In this document: positions 8,521-18,509 of the stretch, piece by piece
Position numbering within the stretch: position 1 is the stretch's first letter
Layout of the letters: each line of letters starts with the position of its first letter
NCBI GenBank assembly: GCA_964531695.1
Contig: CAZHEH010000001.1
Location: 195,546 to 259,545 of the forward strand
Direction of reading: 5' to 3'
Origin: an uncultured Planctomycetaceae bacterium
Lineage (GTDB): Bacteria; Planctomycetota; Phycisphaerae; SM23-33
DNA length: 64,000 nt
Position numbers and translations under genes: made by a program
The notes under the pieces: generated by a model
Told to the model about the DNA's origin: nothing
The model's input: the letters and a program-made list of their open reading frames with translations, nothing else
The model's database searches: none

Positions 8521-10260
8521 ATGCCGAAGATCATCCGTTCCACTCCAGCTAAGGCGGCGTACGTGCTCGAGAAAGTCCAGGAAGACCGGCAGAAGAAGCT
8601 CCAAGCGATTCGCGAGCTCGGCATCGACCCATACGGCGGTCGATACGACACGGCCGAGCCGATCGCCGAGATCGTCGCGCGCTACGAGCGATGGGAAGCC
8701 GAGCAAGGCGGCCCGGAAGCGGCCCAGGAGGCCGAGGGCGGCCCGCGCGGCGACGCGGCCGGGCGGATTGTGCTGATGCGCAAGATGGGCAAGCTGATCT
8801 TCGCCCACCTGCGCGACCAGACCGGCCAGATGCAGATCGCCCTCCGCAAGAACGCATTCGACGGGACGACCTGGGCGCTGGGCAAGGAACTGCTCGACCT
8901 CGGCGACCTCGTCGCGGTCGAAGGGCCCGTCCGGCGGACCAAGACCGGCGAGGTGACGATCTGGGCCGAGCGGCTCGTGCTGCTGTGCAAGTCGCTCAAC
9001 CCCATGCCGGAGAAGTTCCACGGGCTGACGGACACGGAGGCCCGCTACCGGCAGCGATACCTCGACCTGATGACGAACCCCGAGTCGATGCGCCGCTTCC
9101 GGCAGCGGAGCGAGATCATCGCCCACTTCCGGCGCGTGCTGGCCGACCGCGGCTTCGACGAGGTCGAGACGCCCGCGCTCCAACCGATCTACGGCGGCGG
9201 GGCCGCGCTGCCCTTCACCACGCACTACAACGCGCTGGACGCGGATTTCTACCTGCGGATCAGCCCCGAGCTGTACCTCAAGCGGCTGCTCGTCGGCGGA
9301 ATGGAGAAAGTGTACGAGTTCGCCCGCGTCTTCCGCAACGAAGGCATCGACTCGACCCACTCGCCCGAGTACACGCTCTTCGAGTTGTACCAGGCCGGCG
9401 CCGACTACCACGTGATGATGGACATCACGGAGGAGTTGATCGCCGGTGCGGCCCGCACGGTCCTGGCCAACCTGAGAACTCAGCAAGAAGCAGATGTTAT
9501 CGACAATACCTCGCAAGCGTTCGAGTTGCTCGCCCTGGAGAAGAGTAGCTCCCCGGCAGTCTGGGATGCGATTCGCCCTGCCATTGAGCAACTAGAGGAA
9601 CGCTGGAGGAACCAAGGCAGGCGCCTTGCGACCCGGGCCCAAGCCATCACGCAATCGCAGGCGGGCAAGGTAACAGTTCTTCCCTACGGCGAGGCGAAGC
9701 TCGACTACACCCCCCCCTGGCCGCGAGAGAAGTACGCGGACCTGCTCGCCAAGCACGCGGGCGTGGACATGCGGGACGCCGCGGCCGTGCGGGCCAAGGC
9801 GCGCGAGCTGGGCATCGAGGAATCGAACAAGGACGACGCCGTCGTCGTCAACGAGGTGTTCGAGGAGACGGTCGAGCCGGCACTCGCGGAGTCGGACCGG
9901 CCGGTGTTCGTGATGGACTACCCCGCCGCCCTGTGCCCGCTGACGCGCCGCAAGGCGGACGACCCGGAGATCGCCGAGCGGTTCGAGCTCTACATCGCGG
10001 GCATGGAGATCGCCAACGCCTACACGGAGCTGAACGACCCGGCCGTGCAGGAGGCGAACCTGCGGGGCCAGCTCCGCGGCGAGGCCGAGGGCGAGACGAT
10101 GCGGGTAATGGACAAGGACTTCATCACGGCCCTGCGGCACGGCATGCCACCGGCCGGCGGGCTGGGCATCGGCATCGACCGCGTGGTCATGCTACTCACG
10201 AATACACCGAGCATCCGGGATGCCGTATTGTTCCCGACCCTGCGGCCGGGAGACCGGTAA
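8521..10260 (+). CDS. lysS: lysine--tRNA ligase, class II
   Basis: Matches LysRS start ('MPKIIRST...'), the anticodon-binding OB fold, and class II motifs ('FELYIAGMEIANAYTELNDP', 'GMPPAGGLGIGIDRVVMLLT'). Start chosen at the internal ATG 8521 rather than the upstream in-frame ATG 8413. Contains an in-frame insertion (see findings). Confidence 0.9.
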   Translation: MPKIIRSTPAKAAYVLEKVQEDRQKKLQAIRELGIDPYGGRYDTAEPIAEIVARYERWEAEQGGPEAAQEAEGGPRGDAAGRIVLMRKMGKLIFAHLRDQTGQMQIALRKNAFDGTTWALGKELLDLGDLVAVEGPVRRTKTGEVTIWAERLVLLCKSLNPMPEKFHGLTDTEARYRQRYLDLMTNPESMRRFRQRSEIIAHFRRVLADRGFDEVETPALQPIYGGGAALPFTTHYNALDADFYLRISPELYLKRLLVGGMEKVYEFARVFRNEGIDSTHSPEYTLFELYQAGADYHVMMDITEELIAGAARTVLANLRTQQEADVIDNTSQAFELLALEKSSSPAVWDAIRPAIEQLEERWRNQGRRLATRAQAITQSQAGKVTVLPYGEAKLDYTPPWPREKYADLLAKHAGVDMRDAAAVRAKARELGIEESNKDDAVVVNEVFEETVEPALAESDRPVFVMDYPAALCPLTRRKADDPEIAERFELYIAGMEIANAYTELNDPAVQEANLRGQLRGEAEGETMRVMDKDFITALRHGMPPAGGLGIGIDRVVMLLTNTPSIRDAVLFPTLRPGDR

Positions 10261-10407
10261 CCCGTTGATTCGTTGACTCGTTGACTCGGGACTCCGGCGG
10301 CTCGCCGGGCGAGTGGATTCCACAAGCCGTTCGGAGCAGCAAACGCACTGGACTTGCGCGCCATCGAGAAGCCCGAACACGATTCAACGAGTTAGCGAAG
10401 AGAACGA

Positions 10408-12508
10408 ATGTACAAACTCTTCCTTTGTTTTCGATACCTGAAGAGCCGCGTAATCGCGTACTTCGCGGTCCTCGGCGTGGCGCTGTGCGTGGCGATGGTG
10501 CTCATCGTCATCAGCGTCTTGAACGGCTTTCTCGACAAGATCGAGAACGCCACGCGCGGACTCTTCGGCGACGTGGTCATTTCCGCGACCAGTCGCGGCG
10601 GGCTGGCCCGCTACGAGGAGCTGATCGTCCGCATCAAGGAGGAGGTGCCCGGCGCCAAGGCCACGCCGTTCGTGCTCACCTACGGGCTGATCCGCGTGCC
10701 CGAGCAGGACTACCGCAAGGACGTGCAGCTTGCGGGCATTCGCCTGCCGGGCCCCGGCGGGCCGGACGGCGGCCCGATGGACTACTATACGGACGTGTCG
10801 GACTTCGAGCGCGGCCTGTTCGTCCAGGAGGGCCACGCCTATCCGAGCTTCTTCCCGTCCAACGAGCTGGTTCTCCAGCACCTTGAGCGGGACATGGACT
10901 ACATCCGCGCGCTCAGCGCCGAGTACGCCGAAACCCCCAGCGTGCAGGACGCGACCGAGACGGCCGAGCACTTTCACATCGACGCCGCCAGGACCATTCA
11001 GCAGCGCGGCTTCGTGCAACGGCAGATCGCCCAGGTCGAGGCGCTCCAGCAGGAGGCCGATACCAGCGACGGAGCGCCCGAGGGCGTGGAGCGGCTCCAA
11101 AATGCCGTCCGCGACCGGCTCGATGAGATCAGGCCCCGGTTCCCCGATCTCGACCGCACCCTCGGACAGCGGTATTACCGGATCCCCTGGGGAGAGGACC
11201 GCGACGACCCCACGGCCGAAAAGGACATCGAGAAGCTCCGCCGCTTCATCGCCGACATGCTGCAATCGCTGCGGACCAAGCTGTGGCGACGCGGCACGGA
11301 CGCGGAGCTTCGCCGGCAGGAGGCCATCCGTGACCTGATCGGCCGGTTCGAGGAATTGGCCCGCTCGGCCCGGCCGCCTGAGGCGGACATCCAGGCCTTG
11401 CGGCAGGCCACGGCCGAGCGCATGGCGGAGTTGCGGGACCGCCTGCCGGCTCACGCCGAGCTGCACGACCGATACGCGAGCATCGAGTGGACGGACGAGC
11501 CGGCGGCGGACCGGGCCACGCTGCTGAGCTTCCTGCGGGATGCGACGGAGGAACTCCGCCGCGCCAAGTCGCTGCCGGACATGGTGATCCTGGGCATGGG
11601 CATTCCGGGCATGAGCACGCGGACGCCGGAGGGCGAGACAATCCGGAAGATCGTGCCGGGAAACACGGTCGGCATCATGCTCGTGCCGCTGGGGCGGAAG
11701 TACGTCTCGGGCACGAGCATTACGCCGGTGTCGTCGCTGTTCAGCGTGGCGGACGACTGCCGCACGGACGTTTCGTCGATCGATCAGTCCTTCGTGTACC
11801 TTCCGTTCGAGACGCTCCAGGAACTCAACCAGATGGGCGAGGAGCGAGCGCCCGACGGGAGCGTGGTCCGTCCCGCGCGTTGCAGCCAGATCTTCGTCAA
11901 GCTGCCCCCCGCCCATGCCGAGGGCAAGGACCTCCTGGCGGCGACCGCCCGAATCCGCCGCCTGCTGCACGAGTTCGAGAAGGAGCACCCCGACTTCGTC
12001 GAGACGGGCGGCGGCGCGGTGGCCGAGACGTGGCGCCAGCGGCATGCGCAGGTCATCGGGCCGATCCAGAAGCAGCGCACGCTGGCCGTGATCATGTTCA
12101 GCATCATCTCGATGGTCTCGGTCGTACTCGTGTTCGTGATCTTCTACATGATCGTCGTGCAGAAAACCCGCGACATCGGCGTAGTCAAGGCCATAGGCGG
12201 CTCCAACGCGGGCGTGGCTTGCATCTTCCTGTCTTACGGGGCCGCCATCGGGCTGATCGGCTCCGTGCTCGGCACCGTCGGCGGATATCTGTTCGTGCGC
12301 AACATCAACCCCATCCAGGACGCCATCGCGCGATGGTACGGCTTCCAGGTGTGGGACCCGGAGGTATTCCTGTTCGAGAAGATCCCGAATCAGGTGGACC
12401 CGCGCACGGCCGCCGCCATCATCGTGGCCGCGATCGCCGCGGGGATCCTCGGTGCGGTGATTCCGGCGTTCCGCGCGGCGCGGATGCAGCCGGTGGAGGC
12501 GTTGCGCT

Positions 12509-12516
<8 letters not shown>
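10408..12516 (+). CDS. FtsX-family ABC transporter permease (LolC/E- or MacB-like) with enlarged periplasmic domain
   Basis: N-terminal TM1 ('AYFAVLGVALCVAMVLIVISVL') and a C-terminal FtsX 3-TM bundle ('TLAVIMFSIISMVSVVLVFVIFYMIVVQKTRDIGVVKAIGG'). A roughly 480-aa hydrophilic region sits between TM1 and TM2. Overlaps the downstream ABC ATPase by 8 nt. Confidence 0.75.
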
Positions 12517-13216
<700 letters not shown>

Positions 13217-13300
13217 AGGCGCTTCGGCCCTTTCCGCTCGGCCCGCCGCGGGCGATAATGGTCGGCGAACTTACGCCGCGAACCCGCAGCGACACGAGAC

Positions 13301-14389
13301 ATGGCCCAACCCAGCCAACCCAAGCAGATGACGCTTGCCGAACTCGCCGGGACCGTCGGCGGGACGCTAGAAGGCGACGACGAGCGCGTCGTCCGCGGCC
13401 CGGCCGCACTGGACGCCGCCGGCCCGGAGGAGTTCAGCTTCCTGGCCAACGAGCGATACGTCAAGCAGGTGGCCGAGACGCGAGCCGCCGCGGTCATCGT
13501 CGCGGCCGACTTCGATGCCCCCGCGGCCGAGGGCGTCGCCCTGATCCGCTGCGAGGATCCGTACTTCGCCTACCGCCAGGCGATGGTCGCCTTCTGCGGC
13601 TTCCGCGAGCCGCCGTTCGAGGGCGTCGACGCCCGTGCGTGCATTCACGGCGCCGCCGAACTGGCCGAGGACATCACCGTCGGGCCGTTCGCCACGGTCG
13701 AGCGCGGCGCGCGGATCGGCCCGCGAACCGTCCTGTATCCGGGAGCGTACGTCGGGCCGGACTGCCGCGTCGGCGCCGATTGCACGCTCTACCCGAACGT
13801 TGTGCTCTACGACCACACGGTCCTCGGCGACCGCGTGACGGTACACGCCGGCTCATCTGTCGGGCAGGACGGCTTCGGCTACGCCACGCACGCCGGCGGC
13901 GACGGCGTCGTTCGGCACGAGAAGATTCCGCAGGCCGGCTGGGTCGAACTGGAGGACGACGTCGAGATCGGCGCGAACTGCGCGATCGACCGGGCCACGA
14001 TGGGGCCGACGGTCGTCGGCGCCGGCACGAAGTTCTCGAACCTGGTGGCCATCGGCCACGGCACCAAGCTCGGCCGGCACTGTCTGCTGGTGGCCCAGGC
14101 CGGCCTGGCTGGGTCGGTCACGGTGGGCGACTACTGCGCCTTCGCGGGCCAGTGCGGGGTTGTGGGGCACATCCGCATCGGCTCCGGGGCCCGGATCGGC
14201 GCCCAGGCGGGCGTGACAAACGACGTCCCGCCCGGCCAGGAGATGCTCTCCAGCCCCGCCATTCCGCTGGCCGACGCCCGCCGTTCCATGGTCGCCTTCG
14301 CCAAGCTGCCCGAGCTGCGACGGGCCGTCAAGGCGCTCACCGACGAGGTCGAGCGGCTCAAGCGCCTCCTGTACGAGAAGGACCGGTAG
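13301..14389 (+). CDS. lpxD: UDP-3-O-acylglucosamine N-acyltransferase
   Basis: LpxD N-terminal pattern ('MTLAELAG...GG.LEGD') and a long left-handed beta-helix of hexapeptide repeats with a C-terminal helix. True start may be the ATG at 13328. Confidence 0.85.
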   Translation: MAQPSQPKQMTLAELAGTVGGTLEGDDERVVRGPAALDAAGPEEFSFLANERYVKQVAETRAAAVIVAADFDAPAAEGVALIRCEDPYFAYRQAMVAFCGFREPPFEGVDARACIHGAAELAEDITVGPFATVERGARIGPRTVLYPGAYVGPDCRVGADCTLYPNVVLYDHTVLGDRVTVHAGSSVGQDGFGYATHAGGDGVVRHEKIPQAGWVELEDDVEIGANCAIDRATMGPTVVGAGTKFSNLVAIGHGTKLGRHCLLVAQAGLAGSVTVGDYCAFAGQCGVVGHIRIGSGARIGAQAGVTNDVPPGQEMLSSPAIPLADARRSMVAFAKLPELRRAVKALTDEVERLKRLLYEKDR

Positions 14390-14397
14390 GACTGACA

Positions 14398-15258
14398 ATG
14401 GCCCCGAAAGCGCCTCAACCCGTGGGGCTGATCGCCGGCTCCGGCCGGCTGCCCTTCCTGGTGGCCCGTGGCGTGCTGAACGAGCGCCGTCCGTTGGTTG
14501 TCGTCGGCCTGCGCGGGCTCGCCTCGGTGCGGCTGCAGGACCTGGCGACGGAGTTCATCCCCGGCAACATCACGCGGATCGGGGCGTGGTTGCGGGCGCT
14601 GAACCGCCGCAACGTCCACGAAGCCGTGATGATCGGCGGCGTCCGCAAGAAGGAAATCTACTCGCCCCTGCGGCTGCTGCGGTATATTCCGGACTTCCGG
14701 ACCGCCTGGCTGTGGTACTTCCGCGTCCGAAAGGACAAGCGGGACAACGCGATTCTGCTGGCCGTGGCGGATGAGTTGCGACGGGAAGGGATCGAGCTGG
14801 TGTCGAGCGTCAAGTACTGCGAGGAGCACCTGGCCGACGAAGGGCTGATGACCGCCACACCCGTCCCGCGCGGGGCGGAGGGCGACGTGGACTTCGGCTG
14901 GCGAATCGCCCGAGCCAGCGCGGCCCTGGACATCGGTCAATCCATCGCGGTCAAGGAGCGGGACATCGTCGCGGTCGAGGCGATGGAAGGCACGGACGCG
15001 ATGATCCGCCGGGCCGGGCGGGTCTGTCGTGTGGGCGGCTGGACGCTGGTGAAGGTCGCCCGCCCCAAGCAGGACATGCGCTTCGACGTGCCCACCGTCG
15101 GGCCCGGTACGATTCGAAATCTCAAGGACGCTAAGTGTGCCTGCCTCGTGGTCGAGGCCGGGCGGACGCTGATCGTGGACAAGCCCGCCACGCTGGCGCT
15201 GGCGGACCGCGTCGGCATTGCGGTGGTCGGCAAGCGGGCCTCGGGCGACGAGGCGTGA
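14398..15258 (+). CDS. lpxI: UDP-2,3-diacylglucosamine hydrolase LpxI (DUF1009 family)
   Basis: N-terminal 'GLIAGSGRLP' pattern and overall LpxI-like organisation. Lies immediately downstream of lpxD. In frame with, but only the 3' part of, the 797-aa track ORF 12865..15258. Confidence 0.7.
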   Translation: MAPKAPQPVGLIAGSGRLPFLVARGVLNERRPLVVVGLRGLASVRLQDLATEFIPGNITRIGAWLRALNRRNVHEAVMIGGVRKKEIYSPLRLLRYIPDFRTAWLWYFRVRKDKRDNAILLAVADELRREGIELVSSVKYCEEHLADEGLMTATPVPRGAEGDVDFGWRIARASAALDIGQSIAVKERDIVAVEAMEGTDAMIRRAGRVCRVGGWTLVKVARPKQDMRFDVPTVGPGTIRNLKDAKCACLVVEAGRTLIVDKPATLALADRVGIAVVGKRASGDEA

Positions 15259-15262
15259 CGGC

Positions 15263-15445
15263 TCAGGCCCGGGCCCCGCGCTGGTGTAGCCCGGCCGCAA
15301 GGACGATGTGACGCAGCCGATCCACGCTCATGGACTCCAGGTACTCCCGGCTGAAATCCACCGGGAAGTTGCAGTCCATACTGAGCAACATGCGGGTGAG
15401 TTCGCCCCGCTCCATGCGGGCGATGCGTGCGGCGAGGTCTTCCAT
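15263..15445 (-). CDS. possible small protein (60 aa) of unknown function
   Basis: Internal ATG of a minus-strand ORF. Product 'MEDLAARIARMERGELTRMLLSMDCNFPVDFSREYLESMSVDRLRHIVLAAGL...' has protein-like amphipathic composition. No clear RBS. Convergent with lpxI. Confidence 0.3.
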   Translation of the reverse strand: MEDLAARIARMERGELTRMLLSMDCNFPVDFSREYLESMSVDRLRHIVLAAGLHQRGARA

Positions 15446-15738
15446 CGGGCAAGTCCCGTCCCGTTGCGGGCCGGCCCGGTGGGCTGGCGTGCCCGGCAAC
15501 GCTTTTAGTATCGGCTCGGGTCGGCGCGCTCTTCGGCCGAAAACCCCCCGTGGACGTTTTGAATCCCTCCCCGGCGGCCCGCGGCCATGCAATTACCGGA
15601 CCCGCCGGTTGTTGATAACCTGTGGATAGACGTTGCAGCAGAGACATAAGCATATGGCAAACGTCGCTTTATTTCTTCGCGCAGAACGCCCGTGTGTGTG
15701 CAAGCCCCGCGGGCGGGTGTGAAGCGGCTTTTTGCACA

Positions 15739-16803
15739 ATGACGCTGACGACGGACGATTTCGACTACCCGCTTGACCCGTCACTCATCGCCCAGCGGCC
15801 CCTGGAGCGGCGGGACGCCTCCCGCCTGATGCGTCTGGACCGCCCTACCGGCCGGGTCGAGCACCACATGTTCGCTTCGCTGCCGCGTATCTTACGCCCC
15901 GGCGACCTGCTCGTGCTGAACGACACCCGCGTCGTGCCGGCCAAGTTCGCCCTCCGCCGGGCCACGGGCGGACGCATCGAGGGGCTCTTCCTGCGGGAGG
16001 CCGGACTTGGGCAATGGGAGGTCCTCCTGCGTGGGGCGAGCCGCTGTCAGCCGGGCGAGGAACTCACCTTCGAGCCGGACGCCGGAGCCGTGCTGCGACC
16101 CGTGGAGAACCTCTGCGAGGGCCGCTACCGCGTGGCGGTTTCGCCCGAGCAGCCGGCCGAGCCGCTGCTGGGTCGCGTGGGGGCGACACCCCTGCCGCCT
16201 TACATCCGGCGCAACGGGCCGGAGCGCGAGCCAGCCGACCGAAAGCAGTACCAGACGGTCTACGCCGAGCGGCCTGGCGCGGTGGCAGCGCCGACGGCCG
16301 GGCTGCACTTCACGCCACGGTTGCTGGCCAAGCTGGAGCAAGTGGGCGTGAGCACGGCCGCGGTCACGCTGCACGTGGGCCTGGGCACGTTTGCCCCCGT
16401 CAAGACAAGCCGGCTCGACGAGCATGACATGCACTCGGAATGGTACGACCTCCCCGTCGGCGCGGCCCGGCGGATCGCGGCGGCCCGCAGCGCGGGCGGG
16501 CGAGTGGTGGCGGTCGGCACGACCTCGGTGCGTGTGCTGGAGACGGTGGTCGCCCGCCGCGGCGAGCTGAAGTCCGACAGCGGCTGGACAAACCTGTTCC
16601 TACGCCCGCCGGCGGATTTCGGGGCGGTCGACGCACTGATCACCAACTTCCACCTGCCGCGCAGCACATTGCTGATGCTGGTGGCCGCGTTTTGCGAGCC
16701 GGGAAGCACGGGCGGCGTGGATACGATCCGTCGCGCCTACGCCGAGGCGCAGCAAGAGAGATACCGCTTCTACTCGTATGGCGACGCGATGCTGATCGAG
16801 TGA
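15739..16803 (+). CDS. queA: S-adenosylmethionine:tRNA ribosyltransferase-isomerase
   Basis: QueA N-terminal hallmark 'FDYPLDPSLIAQRPLERRDASRLM', C-terminal 'TNFHLPRSTLLMLVAAF'. Start placed at the internal ATG 15739 matching the family N-terminus. Confidence 0.88.
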   Translation: MTLTTDDFDYPLDPSLIAQRPLERRDASRLMRLDRPTGRVEHHMFASLPRILRPGDLLVLNDTRVVPAKFALRRATGGRIEGLFLREAGLGQWEVLLRGASRCQPGEELTFEPDAGAVLRPVENLCEGRYRVAVSPEQPAEPLLGRVGATPLPPYIRRNGPEREPADRKQYQTVYAERPGAVAAPTAGLHFTPRLLAKLEQVGVSTAAVTLHVGLGTFAPVKTSRLDEHDMHSEWYDLPVGAARRIAAARSAGGRVVAVGTTSVRVLETVVARRGELKSDSGWTNLFLRPPADFGAVDALITNFHLPRSTLLMLVAAFCEPGSTGGVDTIRRAYAEAQQERYRFYSYGDAMLIE

Positions 16804-16815
16804 GGGGCCGAAGCG

Positions 16816-17379
16816 CTACCGCGAGATCGTCAGCAGGGCCGATTCCAGCGCCTCGCGGAAGGCCGGGGCCGGCCGCCTGCGATTCGTGAAGGTGGAGTGG
16901 AAGTACACGTAGCCCCGGTCGATGCGGCACCCCTCCTGGAGGGCCGCGACCAGTCGCTTCAGATCGTCCAGTCGGTGCTGGGATACGCCGCCGTCGCGCG
17001 TGTAGTCCGCACGGACGCAGATGCCTATGCTGTCGGCGTCGTAGTCGCGCCCGCCTCGGTAGGCCACGTGATCCGGCGAGCTTTGCCGCCGCCAGTGGTC
17101 CTGGGGCGTGATGCCGCGGTCGTCAATCACGAAGTGGCACCGTTCGGCGATCCCGTCGCCCTCGCGGTCCGTATGGATCACAATCCGCTGCCAGCGCTCC
17201 TCTTGCAGTTCGACGTCCGTGGCGAGCAGGGCGTCGGGCGCAGGGCTCTCGGCGCGGGCCGCAAGTTCGGGGGCCTTCGGATCGATCGGTTGGGTCTCCA
17301 ACGCCAGCAGCACGAACGTGCCGAGGGTCATGGAGACGACCAGAGCGGTCAGCGTCTTCACCGTCCTTGACTTGGCCAT
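16816..17379 (-). CDS. N-acetylmuramoyl-L-alanine amidase family 2 (PGRP/AmpD-like) domain protein with N-terminal membrane anchor or signal
   Basis: Hydrophobic N-terminus ('LTALVVSMTLGTFVLLAL'). Amidase_2-like motifs 'RIVIHTD' and 'HFVID...GI', and a late 'YVYFHS'. Confidence 0.6.
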   Translation of the reverse strand: MAKSRTVKTLTALVVSMTLGTFVLLALETQPIDPKAPELAARAESPAPDALLATDVELQEERWQRIVIHTDREGDGIAERCHFVIDDRGITPQDHWRRQSSPDHVAYRGGRDYDADSIGICVRADYTRDGGVSQHRLDDLKRLVAALQEGCRIDRGYVYFHSTFTNRRRPAPAFREALESALLTISR

Positions 17380-17536
17380 AGCAGTTATCCCCGCGGGCTC
17401 CGAACCCGCTAGAGTCTCCGTACTCTACTAGACGCTATCGGCTAACTACAGGACATTCGCGCATTCATTTGTGAATTTCCAGCCAAAAATGCGGGTAAAT
17501 TCACCCATCAGGCCTGGCGCGGCACGGCCGTCGGAC

Positions 17537-18319
17537 TCACGAGTCCTCGGAGCGTCGCCGGGGCACGATCTGCAACTCCCCCAGTGCCTCCAAGGCGGCC
17601 TGTTGCTCGGCCTCTTTCTTGCTGTTACCCCACGCGCTCGAGAAATGCCGCCCGTTGACCGAGACCCCGACCTCGAAGCACTTGCTGTGGTCCGGGCCCT
17701 TCTCGTCCAGCAGGTGGTATTCCGGGGTGCCGCCGAGGTGCTTCTGGGCGTGCTGCTGTAGCAACGACTTGTAGTTACGCTGATGGCTGGATTCCAGCGC
17801 TTGCTCGATCCACCCGCGCATGTGGCACAGCACGAACTCCCGCGCGGCCTCCCAGCCGCCATCGACGTAGATCGCCCCGATGATGGCCTCAAAGACCGCG
17901 GCCGCCACAGAAAGCGGCAACTGCCCGCCCTGTGTCATGCCTTTGCCGGTCTCGAGCAGCTCGCAGATGCCGCTGTCGCGCGCGATTTCCGCGCAGGTGC
18001 GGCGGGACACCACGGACGACTTGATCTTCGTCATATCCCCCTCGAGCAGGTCCGGATGGGCCTTGTAGAGTTCGTCGCACACCGTAACGCCCAGCACGGC
18101 GTCGCCCAGGAACTCCAGCCGCTCGTTGCTTTCCAGACGGGTCGCGGCGACGGATGCGTGCGTCAGGGCCGTTTCCAGCAACTCCGCGTCGCTGAACCTA
18201 TACCCCAGCAGATCCTGGCACCGGTTGACAGTGAGCTCATCCACGTGAACGTCCGCATCGCACAGCCCCTCGCGAGAGCCGCCGCCCGGCCGACACAGCC
18301 GGGAGGCGCCTGTCGCCAA
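17537..18319 (-). CDS. rnc: ribonuclease III
   Basis: RNase III signature 'ERLEFLGDAVLG', catalytic 'EAIIGAIYVDGG', C-terminal dsRBD ('GPDHSKCFEVGVSVNG...AWGNSKKEAEQQAA'). N-terminal roughly 25 aa of the ORF may not be translated. Confidence 0.88.
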   Translation of the reverse strand: MATGASRLCRPGGGSREGLCDADVHVDELTVNRCQDLLGYRFSDAELLETALTHASVAATRLESNERLEFLGDAVLGVTVCDELYKAHPDLLEGDMTKIKSSVVSRRTCAEIARDSGICELLETGKGMTQGGQLPLSVAAAVFEAIIGAIYVDGGWEAAREFVLCHMRGWIEQALESSHQRNYKSLLQQHAQKHLGGTPEYHLLDEKGPDHSKCFEVGVSVNGRHFSSAWGNSKKEAEQQAALEALGELQIVPRRRSEDS

Positions 18320-18509
18320 GGGCCCGGGGCTTCACGACAATGGACGCATTATACCCACCGCTCGCCCGAAGCCAAGGACTACCGGCCCGCACTCAGCGCT
18401 TGCCGCTTGCCAATCCGCGACCCGGCGCATAGGATACGGACCATCCCGCTCAGCGGCCGGCCTGAGATCGCGGACGCTCGGCCGCACGCCGGCCCAACGG
18501 AGCCCGCCG

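Noticed and set aside
10263-10286. Possible CRISPR-like repeat
   Set aside because: Only three contiguous 8-nt units with no spacers; far too short for a CRISPR array.
15611-15629. oriC candidate (DnaA box TGTGGATAG)
   Set aside because: Single box only. No dnaA/dnaN neighbourhood, no AT-rich DUE or box cluster.
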